Origin: Fidelibacterota bacterium
Lineage (GTDB): Bacteria > Fidelibacterota > Marinisomatia > Marinisomatales > JABMOV01
Reading direction: 5' to 3'
Length of the DNA stretch: 64,000 bases
NCBI GenBank assembly: GCA_013203145.1
Contig: JABMOV010000021.1
Coordinates: 10,059-74,058 of the forward strand
A model generated the notes under the pieces. The model was not told the origin of the DNA. It saw only the letters and a program-made list of their open reading frames with translations, and ran no database searches. The stretch's first letter is position 1. Every line of letters starts with the position of its first letter. Below are positions 10,336-19,611 of this stretch, piece by piece. The position numbers were made by a program, and so were the translations under genes.

Positions 10336-10623
10336 CTATCGGAAATACCGTAAAAAATAATAAGCAGTTGCCAGTCCGATAAGCGTTGTAAAATTGATTG
10401 TTAATGACAATCCAAACTGTATTGCTAAAAAGCCAAGATTCAGATTAATGACTCCTGTCTCACTACCGACTAATCCTCCAAGCGAAAAATCTACACTTAA
10501 TAGGAAAAAGTCTCTTACTACGCTTTCAGGAAGCATCCATCCTAATATTTGACCAAAAAGAGTTCCAAACATGGCACCAACCATTAAAATGATAAAGATT
10601 AATGCAAGGTTTCGCTTGGTCAT
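10336..10623 (-). CDS. Small integral membrane protein (DUF4321-like)
   Basis: 95 aa with two or three hydrophobic helices. 4-nt overlap with the pssA stop. The family assignment is from memory only. Confidence 0.5.
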   Translation of the reverse strand: MTKRNLALIFIILMVGAMFGTLFGQILGWMLPESVVRDFFLLSVDFSLGGLVGSETGVINLNLGFLAIQFGLSLTINFTTLIGLATAYYFLRYFR

Positions 10624-11390
10624 AACGGCTGATCATCCTGTAATGCAGTGTCCTCTATCTCAAAGCGGTGTGGATGAACCATCCAGTTTATTACACTCCA
10701 AGTCACATAAAGAAGAAATAGTGGGAATATTATATATCCCTTCCAGACTAGAATGGCTACTAGTGTTATTAAAACACCGGCAAGACTTAATGTATTTGAT
10801 TGACTCACTTTAAATGAGAGGATGGGAAATTTGCTAAAACGGATGGGACTTATCATCATGGCACCTAAAATCACTGCCATAAATAAACCTATTCTAGGGT
10901 CTCCATCATTGCTATATACAGTATGTGAGAACATTGAATAACTAAATAGACCTAGTGCTGCTAAAGGTGTAGGAATGCCTACAAAATAGGGGGTAGGGTT
11001 TTCATCCTGAAGCAAATTAAATCTGGCTAAACGAATCGTTCCAAATAATATAGGTGTAAAGGCAACAATTCCCGCTAATAAAGGTGGCATCCCTTCTACC
11101 CATGAAACATAAATCAGTAAAGCTGGCGCAACACAAAATGATATCGTGTCGGCAAAGGAATCAAATTCAGTGCCAAATTTCGTTGGGATCCCTATCATGC
11201 GTGCCAGTTTACCATCAATGGCATCCATGGCACCGGCACTGAAAATAAGCCAACCTGCAATATCTATTCGCCCTTTCATTAACTGAGCGATAGCCATGAA
11301 ACCCAGAAACATGTTTAGCACGGTAAAGATGTTCGGGATTACTTGTTTATTGATTCGTCGGCGATTCTCTCTTGGAATCCTTTGTCTCAT
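10620..11390 (-). CDS. pssA: CDP-diacylglycerol--serine O-phosphatidyltransferase
   Basis: 256 aa. CDP-alcohol phosphatidyltransferase motif DAIDGKLAR...G...FDSFADTIS. Confidence 0.88.
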   Translation of the reverse strand: MRQRIPRENRRRINKQVIPNIFTVLNMFLGFMAIAQLMKGRIDIAGWLIFSAGAMDAIDGKLARMIGIPTKFGTEFDSFADTISFCVAPALLIYVSWVEGMPPLLAGIVAFTPILFGTIRLARFNLLQDENPTPYFVGIPTPLAALGLFSYSMFSHTVYSNDGDPRIGLFMAVILGAMMISPIRFSKFPILSFKVSQSNTLSLAGVLITLVAILVWKGYIIFPLFLLYVTWSVINWMVHPHRFEIEDTALQDDQPL

Positions 11391-12031
11391 TTAGCCTCCG
11401 CTATTATGGTTTCTCCACCAATAACACGTTGTCCTTCTTTAACTTTGACATCAAAGACAGTGGGAAATATAATATCTGTACGCGACCCAAACATAATAAA
11501 TCCCATACGGTCGCCGCTTTTCACAGAATCTCCAATTTTTGAATAATTCAGAATTCGCCTGGCAATCAAACCAGCGATTTGCTTTAGAATAATTTTACCA
11601 TGGTTTGTATCATAAACAGTAATTGATCGTTCATTTTCATCTGATGCTTTATGATCAAACGCCGCGAGGAATTTGCCATTTATATGATTGACAGATTTAA
11701 CTGTCCCGCTAAATGGAATACGATTAGCATGAACATTAAATACGCTGAGAAAAACTGATACTAAAATTGCTTTTTCACCATGTTCATCTGAATCGATTTC
11801 TTCTACTTTAACAACTTTTCCGTCTGCACTGGAAATGAGGATATTGTCTCCTTCAGGTATTTCACGATGTGGATCACGAAAGAAATTCAGACAAAACCCT
11901 GTAAAGGATAAAAATAGTATTGCTGCTATTTTGATCCAATTGGATTCAACATAAACTGATAATATGATAAAAATACACGATAGTACCAGCCCACTTATTA
12001 TAAATCTTAGACCTTCTTTTGCGATATTAAT
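11387..12031 (-). CDS. psd: Phosphatidylserine decarboxylase proenzyme (short form), probable ATT start
   Basis: The track shows only the last 60 aa (TTG at 11569). I checked every codon from 12043 down to 11570: the frame is open and contains no ATG, GTG or TTG. Translation is ...IAKEGLRFIISGLVL...FFRDPHREIP...SADGKVV...FLSVFNVHANRIPFSG...GFIMFGSRTD (G-S self-cleavage motif). GGAGG at 12042-12038 lies 6 nt before the ATT at 12031. Confidence 0.8.
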   Translation of the reverse strand: MNIAKEGLRFIISGLVLSCIFIILSVYVESNWIKIAAILFLSFTGFCLNFFRDPHREIPEGDNILISSADGKVVKVEEIDSDEHGEKAILVSVFLSVFNVHANRIPFSGTVKSVNHINGKFLAAFDHKASDENERSITVYDTNHGKIILKQIAGLIARRILNYSKIGDSVKSGDRMGFIMFGSRTDIIFPTVFDVKVKEGQRVIGGETIIAEAK

Positions 12032-12032
12032 A

Positions 12033-13130
12033 TTAATCCTCCTCTATTTTTCCCAATTCCATACGGATTTTTTTTTGTTTTCCATCCCGGTAAACATCCA
12101 GAGTAATTTTATCTCCAGGTCGTAAATCATCTTGCTCAATAACGTCAAATATTTCACGAGCGTTTGATATTTCAACTTTATTAACACTAACGATAACATC
12201 AGCAGGTTTTAGTCCTGCTTTTCCAGCTGTACTACCGTCTTCGATCTCAACAATTATGACACCTTTTGCAAACGGAATATCAAGATATCCGGCTATCTTT
12301 TTTGTCAAAGGTTGAACATGAAGTCCTGTTGAGAAACTACGATCAATTCGACCACGATTTTTTAATTCTTCTGCTATTTCCTTTGCATGATTAATTGGGA
12401 TTGCGAATCCAATACCAATTGATCCCTGATCGAAGTCTGATCCGGTGTATATAAACGTATTAATTCCTATAACTTCACCATTGGCATTAACTAAAGGACC
12501 ACCACTATTTCCGCGATTGATGGAAGCATCCGTTTGGATCATATCCTGAAAAATCTGACCACCTTTTTGTCTGCCAAAATTCATATTTGTTGCACTAACA
12601 ATTCCAGCAGTTGCAGTTGGTTGGTTGCTAAGCTCGAATAAACCATATGGATTGCCAAGAGCAATAATCCACTCTCCAATAATGAGATCATCTGAGTTCC
12701 CAAGTTTGGCGTATGGGAAATCGCGACCGTCTAACTTTAATATAGCCAAATCTGAGACTTTATCAGACCCAATAAGCTCTGCCGGAAATTCCACACCGCC
12801 AGGTAGTGTCACTATTATTTCACTGGCATTCTCCACAACATGATTATTTGTCATGACATATCCATCTGGACTTATGACAACTCCGGAACCTGATCCAACT
12901 ACTTTTTTTGGTTCAAGTGAATAAGGAAAAAAATATTGAAAAAATGGATCGGCATAAGGTGATTGTCGGGATACTTGACGATACTGCACAACATTTATAC
13001 TTGCAACCGCGGGACTCACACTTTGTACAGCACGTGTAATAGCCGTTTGTCGGGATGTGTAAATATCCTGTGCAAATAATGGAATTCCAACCATTAGTGC
13101 GAAAAGCAATATTGATATTCTTCTATTCAT
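12033..13130 (-). CDS. htrA: HtrA/DegP-family periplasmic serine protease with one PDZ domain
   Basis: 365 aa. Signal peptide, TNNHVV, GNSGGPL, C-terminal PDZ. Confidence 0.9.
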   Translation of the reverse strand: MNRRISILLFALMVGIPLFAQDIYTSRQTAITRAVQSVSPAVASINVVQYRQVSRQSPYADPFFQYFFPYSLEPKKVVGSGSGVVISPDGYVMTNNHVVENASEIIVTLPGGVEFPAELIGSDKVSDLAILKLDGRDFPYAKLGNSDDLIIGEWIIALGNPYGLFELSNQPTATAGIVSATNMNFGRQKGGQIFQDMIQTDASINRGNSGGPLVNANGEVIGINTFIYTGSDFDQGSIGIGFAIPINHAKEIAEELKNRGRIDRSFSTGLHVQPLTKKIAGYLDIPFAKGVIIVEIEDGSTAGKAGLKPADVIVSVNKVEISNAREIFDVIEQDDLRPGDKITLDVYRDGKQKKIRMELGKIEED

Positions 13131-13839
13131 AACTGACCTGTTTTAATATAAGTCCATTCGGAGGTGCTTTAAAAATACGAACATTCCTTTGAGGATTATT
13201 TAAAATATGTAGGAATTCTTCGTTTGTATATTTTTCTTGATTGATCGCAATCATTGTTCCCACAAGATATCGTACCATATGGTGTAAAAATCGGTTTGCT
13301 TTGACATGAAATGTAATCATGTCATCAGATAATGTCCATTTTGAATCATATACGGTACACATGGTATGATCCAATTCCGGGTTATATTTACTGATGGACA
13401 GGAAATCATGTTCACCTAATATTATTGCTGCCGTAGTATTTAGTTTTTCAACATCTAAAGATGGAATATGCCAAGATTGATTTTGATACAGTAAACTTTT
13501 TCCCGTGTATACTTGATAAATATAATACCGTTCTTTCGCTGAAAATCGTGCATGGAATTTATCATCAACAATTTCAACTTTATTTACTTCAATATCTGTT
13601 TTTGTTCTGGCATTAATTGCATTTCGAATTTCTTTCAAAGAAAGGCGTGTATCTAATTCAAAATGTGCAACCTGACCAAAGGCATGGACGCCTGTGTCAG
13701 TTCGTCCGGCACCTATGATCTTTACGCGATTACCGTCACCAAGTGGCAATAATGCTGTCTCCAATTCGCCTTGGATTGTCTGAGCATTATCCTGCATTTG
13801 CCATCCAAAATAATTTGATCCATTATATTGGATATTCAT
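13123..13839 (-). CDS. truA: tRNA pseudouridine(38-40) synthase TruA
   Basis: Track ORF 13123..13890 starts at a TTG inside the upstream gene. The ATG at 13839 (MNIQYNGSNYFGWQMQ...GAGRTDTGVHA) follows that gene's TAG directly. A TTG a few codons upstream is also possible. Confidence 0.88.
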   Translation of the reverse strand: MNIQYNGSNYFGWQMQDNAQTIQGELETALLPLGDGNRVKIIGAGRTDTGVHAFGQVAHFELDTRLSLKEIRNAINARTKTDIEVNKVEIVDDKFHARFSAKERYYIYQVYTGKSLLYQNQSWHIPSLDVEKLNTTAAIILGEHDFLSISKYNPELDHTMCTVYDSKWTLSDDMITFHVKANRFLHHMVRYLVGTMIAINQEKYTNEEFLHILNNPQRNVRIFKAPPNGLILKQVSYE

Positions 13840-13840
13840 T

Positions 13841-14551
13841 CTATATCGTTGCAACAAAATGAAAACCCATAAAGATAATTGGAAAAACAATAGAAATAGA
13901 TGAATCTTGCCAGGTCCAATTTATCGGACGTGCAACAGTTCTTGGTATCGCTTTGCCATAACCTCGTAATATCATTAAATGAGATATATCATCTGCACGT
14001 CTATATTGGGCAAAGATCATTCCCGGTAAATAATCAATCATACGTTTTATCCGTTTTCTCAAGGATTTCCCTGGAGAAATACCTAACGCCTTATCTGATT
14101 GAGTGTAGTGTTGCCAATCCAGTTGAAAAGAGGGATAAAATCGTAATATCAACGCCAGAAAAAGAAAACCATTTTCAACTTTTTCCCATCGTTTATTGAA
14201 TTTCATCCAGACAGTGCGTAATGCAACAATGATTTTCGCACTACTTCCCCATTCTAAATAAAAAGCCATCACTAAAATCATCCATCCAAATTTTACTGTT
14301 ATAAATCCTGCTTGTGCAAAAACGGTGAAAGCTGGATTCCCAAGGATTCCTATAGATATTGCTGAGTATATAACAAACATTAGTGGGAGAAATGTGATAA
14401 ATCCTTTTATCCTTGGCCAAATTTGTCTACGATAAATAAATAATATGGTTAAAAAGATAATCCCATATATACTTAAGGATTGCCAGGATTCAAGGCTCAA
14501 CAACCCTATTAATATGATAATAAATATCCATATTTTGGTTAGCGGATTCAT
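13841..14551 (-). CDS. ecfT: ECF-transporter T component (CbiQ/EcfT family)
   Basis: 236 aa, 5-6 TMs. LALILRFYPSF and MILRGYG coupling-helix-like motifs. The ecfT-truA adjacency is known from Firmicutes. Confidence 0.6.
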   Translation of the reverse strand: MNPLTKIWIFIIILIGLLSLESWQSLSIYGIIFLTILFIYRRQIWPRIKGFITFLPLMFVIYSAISIGILGNPAFTVFAQAGFITVKFGWMILVMAFYLEWGSSAKIIVALRTVWMKFNKRWEKVENGFLFLALILRFYPSFQLDWQHYTQSDKALGISPGKSLRKRIKRMIDYLPGMIFAQYRRADDISHLMILRGYGKAIPRTVARPINWTWQDSSISIVFPIIFMGFHFVATI

Positions 14552-15178
14552 TTAAAACATAAATGACAATGATAACTGTGTTGATTGAAAGTCTTGAGAA
14601 TAGGTCGGTAAAATTGTTACTTCATATTGAGATAATTTTCTTTTTAAATACAAAGCATCTATTGACGAGACAACATGGTTTATTACAATTCCACCAAATA
14701 GAAATTTCCCTGATAAAGCCCAACGGTCCCGATTGATTCTTCTGGCTTCAAATTTTTTCTGGTTTTCATTAGAATCCCATGACCAGTTCCATTCAATATC
14801 TGGATCATACAAAACTTCCGGCTCACGCCATCGTTGGTGTTCAGCGTTAAATTTATCCCGCGAAGAATAATTGCCAATATCGATCCAATATTGATCATCT
14901 TTTCCACTTACATCGACTCCAGCATGGTTTGCTGCAATGCTGCGCATAGTTTCATCCTGATATTTAGATGCCTTATTGCATGTCAATACGGATAACCAAA
15001 GAATGCTCTCAGTAAGGAGGAAAGTCCGACCTTTCTTCGTTTGGTTCAATTGAAATTCACCCATTCCCGGCAGAATCAGTGATTTCAAAACGGGTGAGAC
15101 TCTGCTTTCAACAGATTGACCCGAAACCAACGGGATCAATACACTTAGGATAAGACAGTATCGTAAAATTTTCGCCAC
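14552..15178 (-). CDS. Hypothetical exported protein (DUF5683-like?)
   Basis: Track ORF 14552..15217. The GTG at 15178 gives the signal-like MAKILRYCLILSVLIPLVSGQ. An LPGMGEF motif resembles DUF5683; the family call is weak. Confidence 0.5.
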   Translation of the reverse strand: MAKILRYCLILSVLIPLVSGQSVESRVSPVLKSLILPGMGEFQLNQTKKGRTFLLTESILWLSVLTCNKASKYQDETMRSIAANHAGVDVSGKDDQYWIDIGNYSSRDKFNAEHQRWREPEVLYDPDIEWNWSWDSNENQKKFEARRINRDRWALSGKFLFGGIVINHVVSSIDALYLKRKLSQYEVTILPTYSQDFQSTQLSLSFMF

Positions 15179-16662
15179 GCTGATACTCCTATAATTATCA
15201 TTGTCATTATCGTACACAAAATTGCAAATATATCACCATGTTTTGTGTACCACGATTTTTGATTATGGCAATCTACTTGAGCCAAAAACACCGCTTGATG
15301 ACCAATTGGAATTTTTTTCAGAACACGTCCTGTTGCATCAAATAACCCTGATATTCCAGTATTGGCACTTCGAATAATTGGGACTCTATTTTCTATGGCA
15401 CGAAGCTTGGCCAATGCAAAATGCTGGTAAGGCCCGGCACTGTTGCCCAAGTACCCATCATTTGCCTCAATTGTTATAAAGGTTGCTCCCAATTGAACAA
15501 ATTTTCTAACAACATTTGGAATGCTAGATTCATAACAAATGATATTTGAAAATAGCATCGAATCCAGTTTAAATAATGTATAATCTGATCCCGGAGTAAA
15601 GTTCCCCTGACCAAAATTCAATTCTTTTAAAATAGGATATTTCCATGACAGCGGAATATATTCAGCGAAAGGTACCAGATAGACCTTGTTATACATTTGG
15701 TATGATTCATCAGGATTCAGCAATATAGTTCCATTATAATAATGCGATTCATCTTCACTAATCCATTCTTTATCCACCGTTCCAGATAAAAGTGGGATAC
15801 CACTCTCCTTTACCCTGGTCATTACTTTATTTCTAGTCGTTCGCGAAAGACGTAAATAAGCTGGTAGTGCTGTTTCAGGCCAAAGAACCAAATCCGGTTC
15901 CATTGCATTTGCTACAACATGAAGTGAATCCATTAAGTGAAATACAGATTTTCGATTTTCCCTGTCCCACTTTGAATTGGGGTCTATGTTTGGTTGCGTT
16001 ACAGCAATTTTGACACGTTTAATCACAGCTGAGGAGTCAACAATATTTATACGAAGATAGCCATATCCTGCTGCAAACACAAAAATTGCTGTTGTAAATA
16101 CAATATAGCGTTTAGGTCGATTACTTGTAATGACTAAATAAAGACCAATATTGATCATTATTATCCAAAATGCTATACCATAGGTGCCAAAAACATCTGC
16201 CATTTGAATAATGGGAAGATAATTGGTTTGTGATAATGCAAGATTTGCCCAAGGAAATCCCAGTGGCCCCAAACTCCTGACCCATTCCAAAGCAATCCAT
16301 CCAAAAGGGAAAAGCAACAATGGTGAAATAGTTTTTCGTGAAGATGAAATGATAAATACCAGTAAATACCAAAATATTCCCAGATACAAAACTGCCCCAG
16401 TTAACGAAAGAAGTACTGGAACAAGAGTTGCACCATTATTCAGTCCAATCCAGTGAAATGCAATGAAGTTTGCAGCAACGGAAGCATAATAAGCATATTT
16501 TGCAGCACTCCTTGGTGTGGAATGGTATATAATGTGAATTAAAGGTATAAACGCTATCCATGCTAAAAATCCTAAATAGAGTTTAGGATGGTACGATAAA
16601 CCTATTAGGGTTCCAGACAAAAGTGCCAATTGCCATGGTTCGCGATTCAAGATGGATTTCAT
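15145..16662 (-). CDS. lnt: Apolipoprotein N-acyltransferase
   Basis: 505 aa. Multi-TM N-terminal half plus a CN-hydrolase domain (LVLWPETA, NIICYES). Confidence 0.88.
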   Translation of the reverse strand: MKSILNREPWQLALLSGTLIGLSYHPKLYLGFLAWIAFIPLIHIIYHSTPRSAAKYAYYASVAANFIAFHWIGLNNGATLVPVLLSLTGAVLYLGIFWYLLVFIISSSRKTISPLLLFPFGWIALEWVRSLGPLGFPWANLALSQTNYLPIIQMADVFGTYGIAFWIIMINIGLYLVITSNRPKRYIVFTTAIFVFAAGYGYLRINIVDSSAVIKRVKIAVTQPNIDPNSKWDRENRKSVFHLMDSLHVVANAMEPDLVLWPETALPAYLRLSRTTRNKVMTRVKESGIPLLSGTVDKEWISEDESHYYNGTILLNPDESYQMYNKVYLVPFAEYIPLSWKYPILKELNFGQGNFTPGSDYTLFKLDSMLFSNIICYESSIPNVVRKFVQLGATFITIEANDGYLGNSAGPYQHFALAKLRAIENRVPIIRSANTGISGLFDATGRVLKKIPIGHQAVFLAQVDCHNQKSWYTKHGDIFAILCTIMTMIIIGVSAWRKFYDTVLS

Positions 16663-17072
16663 AATTGGTTTATATCCATAAACTGCTGTAATAAAATAGC
16701 TGCAGCTCGCTTGTCAATTAACGCTTTATTGTAACCCGTTTTTATATTTTGTTCGATGAGAGATTTTTTCGCGCTAACTGATGACAATCGTTCATCTTGC
16801 AAAAATATGGGTAGTCCAAAACAATTCAAAGAATCCGCAAAAACACGTGTTAGTTTGGTTTGTTCTGTTTCTTGACCTTTCATCCCGATTGGGAGTCCAA
16901 CAACAATATGAGACACACTTTCTTCAGAAATAATATCTCGTAATTTTTGAAGAATATCGGCTTCATCAGAACCAGAAATTGTTTTATATGGCGAGGCTAT
17001 AATATGAAGCGGATCAGATAAAGCTAATCCGATCCGCTTTAGACCATAATCTATGCCGAGAATCCGTCCCAT
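16659..17072 (-). CDS. ruvX: Holliday junction resolvase-like nuclease RuvX/YqgF
   Basis: 137 aa, MGRILGIDYGLKRIGLALSD... Confidence 0.9.
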   Translation of the reverse strand: MGRILGIDYGLKRIGLALSDPLHIIASPYKTISGSDEADILQKLRDIISEESVSHIVVGLPIGMKGQETEQTKLTRVFADSLNCFGLPIFLQDERLSSVSAKKSLIEQNIKTGYNKALIDKRAAAILLQQFMDINQL

Positions 17073-17101
17073 GTTGAACGATCCTCAACACCTAAACGGT
17101 G

Positions 17102-17416
17102 TTAACCCTCGAGTGGTTTTGATAAATAAGACTTGAGGAGTTTACCAGGTTTAAAATGTGTTTTTTTATGAGCTGGTACATATATTTCCTCATTTGTGCG
17201 AGGATTGCGTGCACGAGGTTTTGCTTTTGTTTGTTTTACTTCAAATACACCAAAATTTCGTATCTCGATGCGTACAGAAGGACGTTCATCGGTTAACATT
17301 TCACGCATTACCGTAAATATTTCATCAACGAACTTCGCAGAGTTATCCATTGTTGCATCAAGACGTGATGCGACTTCTTTTGCGATTTCCTTCTTGGTAT
17401 AGGTTTTCTTATCCAT
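17102..17416 (-). CDS. HU/IHF-family DNA-binding protein
   Basis: 104 aa. FGVFEVKQTKAKPRARNPRTNEEIYVPAHKKTHFKPGK, the beta-arm of the HU/IHF fold. Confidence 0.85.
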   Translation of the reverse strand: MDKKTYTKKEIAKEVASRLDATMDNSAKFVDEIFTVMREMLTDERPSVRIEIRNFGVFEVKQTKAKPRARNPRTNEEIYVPAHKKTHFKPGKLLKSYLSKPLEG

Positions 17417-19611
17417 TATTGTCCTGTCCTTTCTACGTAATCAATTCCATTTGTTCTTGTTAATTTTTTTATGATTCGATCTAGTTGTTTTGAATTTCGC
17501 ACTTCAATAATAAAATAGGCAGTTGCTATATTATCTCGTACTTTTAAATCCACACTTGTGATATTAGAATTTTCAGAGGAAATGGCTTCAGTCATGGTTT
17601 TTAATTGTCCTTTAGAATCTTCGCCAACCACTTTAATTCTAACCTTAAATACATCCGAACGCGCTACATCCCATTCCACAGGAAGGAGGCGGTCTGATTC
17701 CTCTGCCAGTAAAGGCAGGCTTCTACAATCAGATCTGTGAACCGTAATTCCACGACCACGAGTCACAAAACCAACCATTTCATCTCCAGGGATGGGATTA
17801 CAACATTTGGCAAATTGTACCATAATATTGCCAATACCCTGCAATTTAATACCACGAGCCGCAGAGCGTGCATAATCGATAAACTGATTTGCGTTATCCT
17901 CTTGCGATTCCTCCAAAGAAGGTTCGTCCTCAGGACGTAACTTCTTGAATATTTCGCGGATCGTAATTGTCCCGTTTCCAATAGCTTCAATAAAGGCATC
18001 TGTAGACTTATAACCAAACTGGTCAAAGGATTCCTTTACCGATTTCTTTTCACTGTACATTTTTAGCCGTCTGAGAGTTTTATCAAGAATTTCATTCCCG
18101 AGTTTGATACTCTCTTCTTGCCGAATATTTCGCAAATACTTAGTGATATGATTTCGAGCTTTACCTGTTATTACAAACTTTAACCATCCTAGGTTAGGAT
18201 GCTGGTTTTTACTGGTAATAATTTCTACAATATCACCATTCTTTAATTTTGTATTTAGTGGAATAACCTTTTGATTTACTTTTGCACCAATACAATGAAT
18301 ACCAAGATCAGTATGAATTTGAAATGCAAAATCAATGGGTGTTGCATTAGTTGGTAATTGAATAAGATCACCGCTAGGTGTAAATACAAATATCTCATCA
18401 TTGAATAAATCAATTTTTAGTAGGTGCATGAATTCGGTAGGATCTGAGCTTTCGCTCTGTAGGATTTCCACCAATTCACGTAACCATTTAATATCGGAAT
18501 CCAAATCTGCGGATTTTGTACCAGTCTCTTTATATCGCCAATGAGCCGCCACACCAATCTCAGCTGTACGTTCCATTTCAAGGGTTCTGATCTGGATTTC
18601 CACCATATTACCATTTGGTCCAACTATAGTAGTATGAATCGATTGATATCCATTGGATTTTGGCATTGCAACAAAATCTTTGAACCGATCTTGAGCAGGA
18701 GAATACATTTGGTGAATAACACCTAATGTGAGATAACACTGTTCTATTTTATCAACAATAATACGAATAGCATATACATCGTATATTTCTTCAAAATTTT
18801 TCCCGCGTCGTACCATTTTTCCGTAAATAGAAGAATGCGATTTTGGCCTACCATAAACATGAGCATCAATATCATATTTGGCTAATTCTTTTTTGACCGG
18901 ATCAATTACACTGTTAATGTATTTTGATCGCTGTCTATTGCTCGCTTTTAATTTTGTGTCTATTTCTTCAAACGAATTCGGATGAAGCGTTTTTAATATT
19001 AAATCATCTAATATCCACTTTACTCTGGCCATTCCCAATCGATGGGCAAGTGGTGCGTACACATCTCTGGTTTCAATGGCAATCCGATGTTGTTTGATTT
19101 GTGGTAAATATTGGATTGTCTTCATGTTATGGAGACGATCAGCAAATTTGATAATAATTACCCTTAAATCCTGCGCTACAGACAATAGCAACTTCATAAA
19201 GTTTCCAGCCTGTTGCTCTTTGCGACTTGTAAATGTAATCCCACCTAATTTTGTGACACCATCAACAAGTTTTGCAACATCTTCATCAAACCTTTTATCG
19301 ATGTCACTAATGGTTACGTCTGTATCTTCAACAACATCATGTAACAGTCCGCCCATGATTGTACGGTAATCCATTTTCCATTCAGCTAATGAAGTAGCGA
19401 CTTCATAACAATGATCAAAATAGGGTTTCCCACTCCGCCGTTTTTGACCTTCGTGGCACGTCATGGAAAACTGGTAAGCTTTCCATAATTCATCACGAAT
19501 AGCCATTTCATCCTTGTTATCTGGTATAGGAACTTTTTTGAGCAATTCATTAAATTGCTTTGGATATTCCCCTACCAGTTGCGGAATTAATTTTGCAAGT
19601 GGATTCTGCAT
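17416..19611 (-). CDS. spoT: Bifunctional (p)ppGpp synthetase/hydrolase (RelA/SpoT homologue)
   Basis: 731 aa. HD hydrolase (HDVVEDT), synthetase domain, TGS and ACT domains. Confidence 0.92.
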   Translation of the reverse strand: MQNPLAKLIPQLVGEYPKQFNELLKKVPIPDNKDEMAIRDELWKAYQFSMTCHEGQKRRSGKPYFDHCYEVATSLAEWKMDYRTIMGGLLHDVVEDTDVTISDIDKRFDEDVAKLVDGVTKLGGITFTSRKEQQAGNFMKLLLSVAQDLRVIIIKFADRLHNMKTIQYLPQIKQHRIAIETRDVYAPLAHRLGMARVKWILDDLILKTLHPNSFEEIDTKLKASNRQRSKYINSVIDPVKKELAKYDIDAHVYGRPKSHSSIYGKMVRRGKNFEEIYDVYAIRIIVDKIEQCYLTLGVIHQMYSPAQDRFKDFVAMPKSNGYQSIHTTIVGPNGNMVEIQIRTLEMERTAEIGVAAHWRYKETGTKSADLDSDIKWLRELVEILQSESSDPTEFMHLLKIDLFNDEIFVFTPSGDLIQLPTNATPIDFAFQIHTDLGIHCIGAKVNQKVIPLNTKLKNGDIVEIITSKNQHPNLGWLKFVITGKARNHITKYLRNIRQEESIKLGNEILDKTLRRLKMYSEKKSVKESFDQFGYKSTDAFIEAIGNGTITIREIFKKLRPEDEPSLEESQEDNANQFIDYARSAARGIKLQGIGNIMVQFAKCCNPIPGDEMVGFVTRGRGITVHRSDCRSLPLLAEESDRLLPVEWDVARSDVFKVRIKVVGEDSKGQLKTMTEAISSENSNITSVDLKVRDNIATAYFIIEVRNSKQLDRIIKKLTRTNGIDYVERTGQ

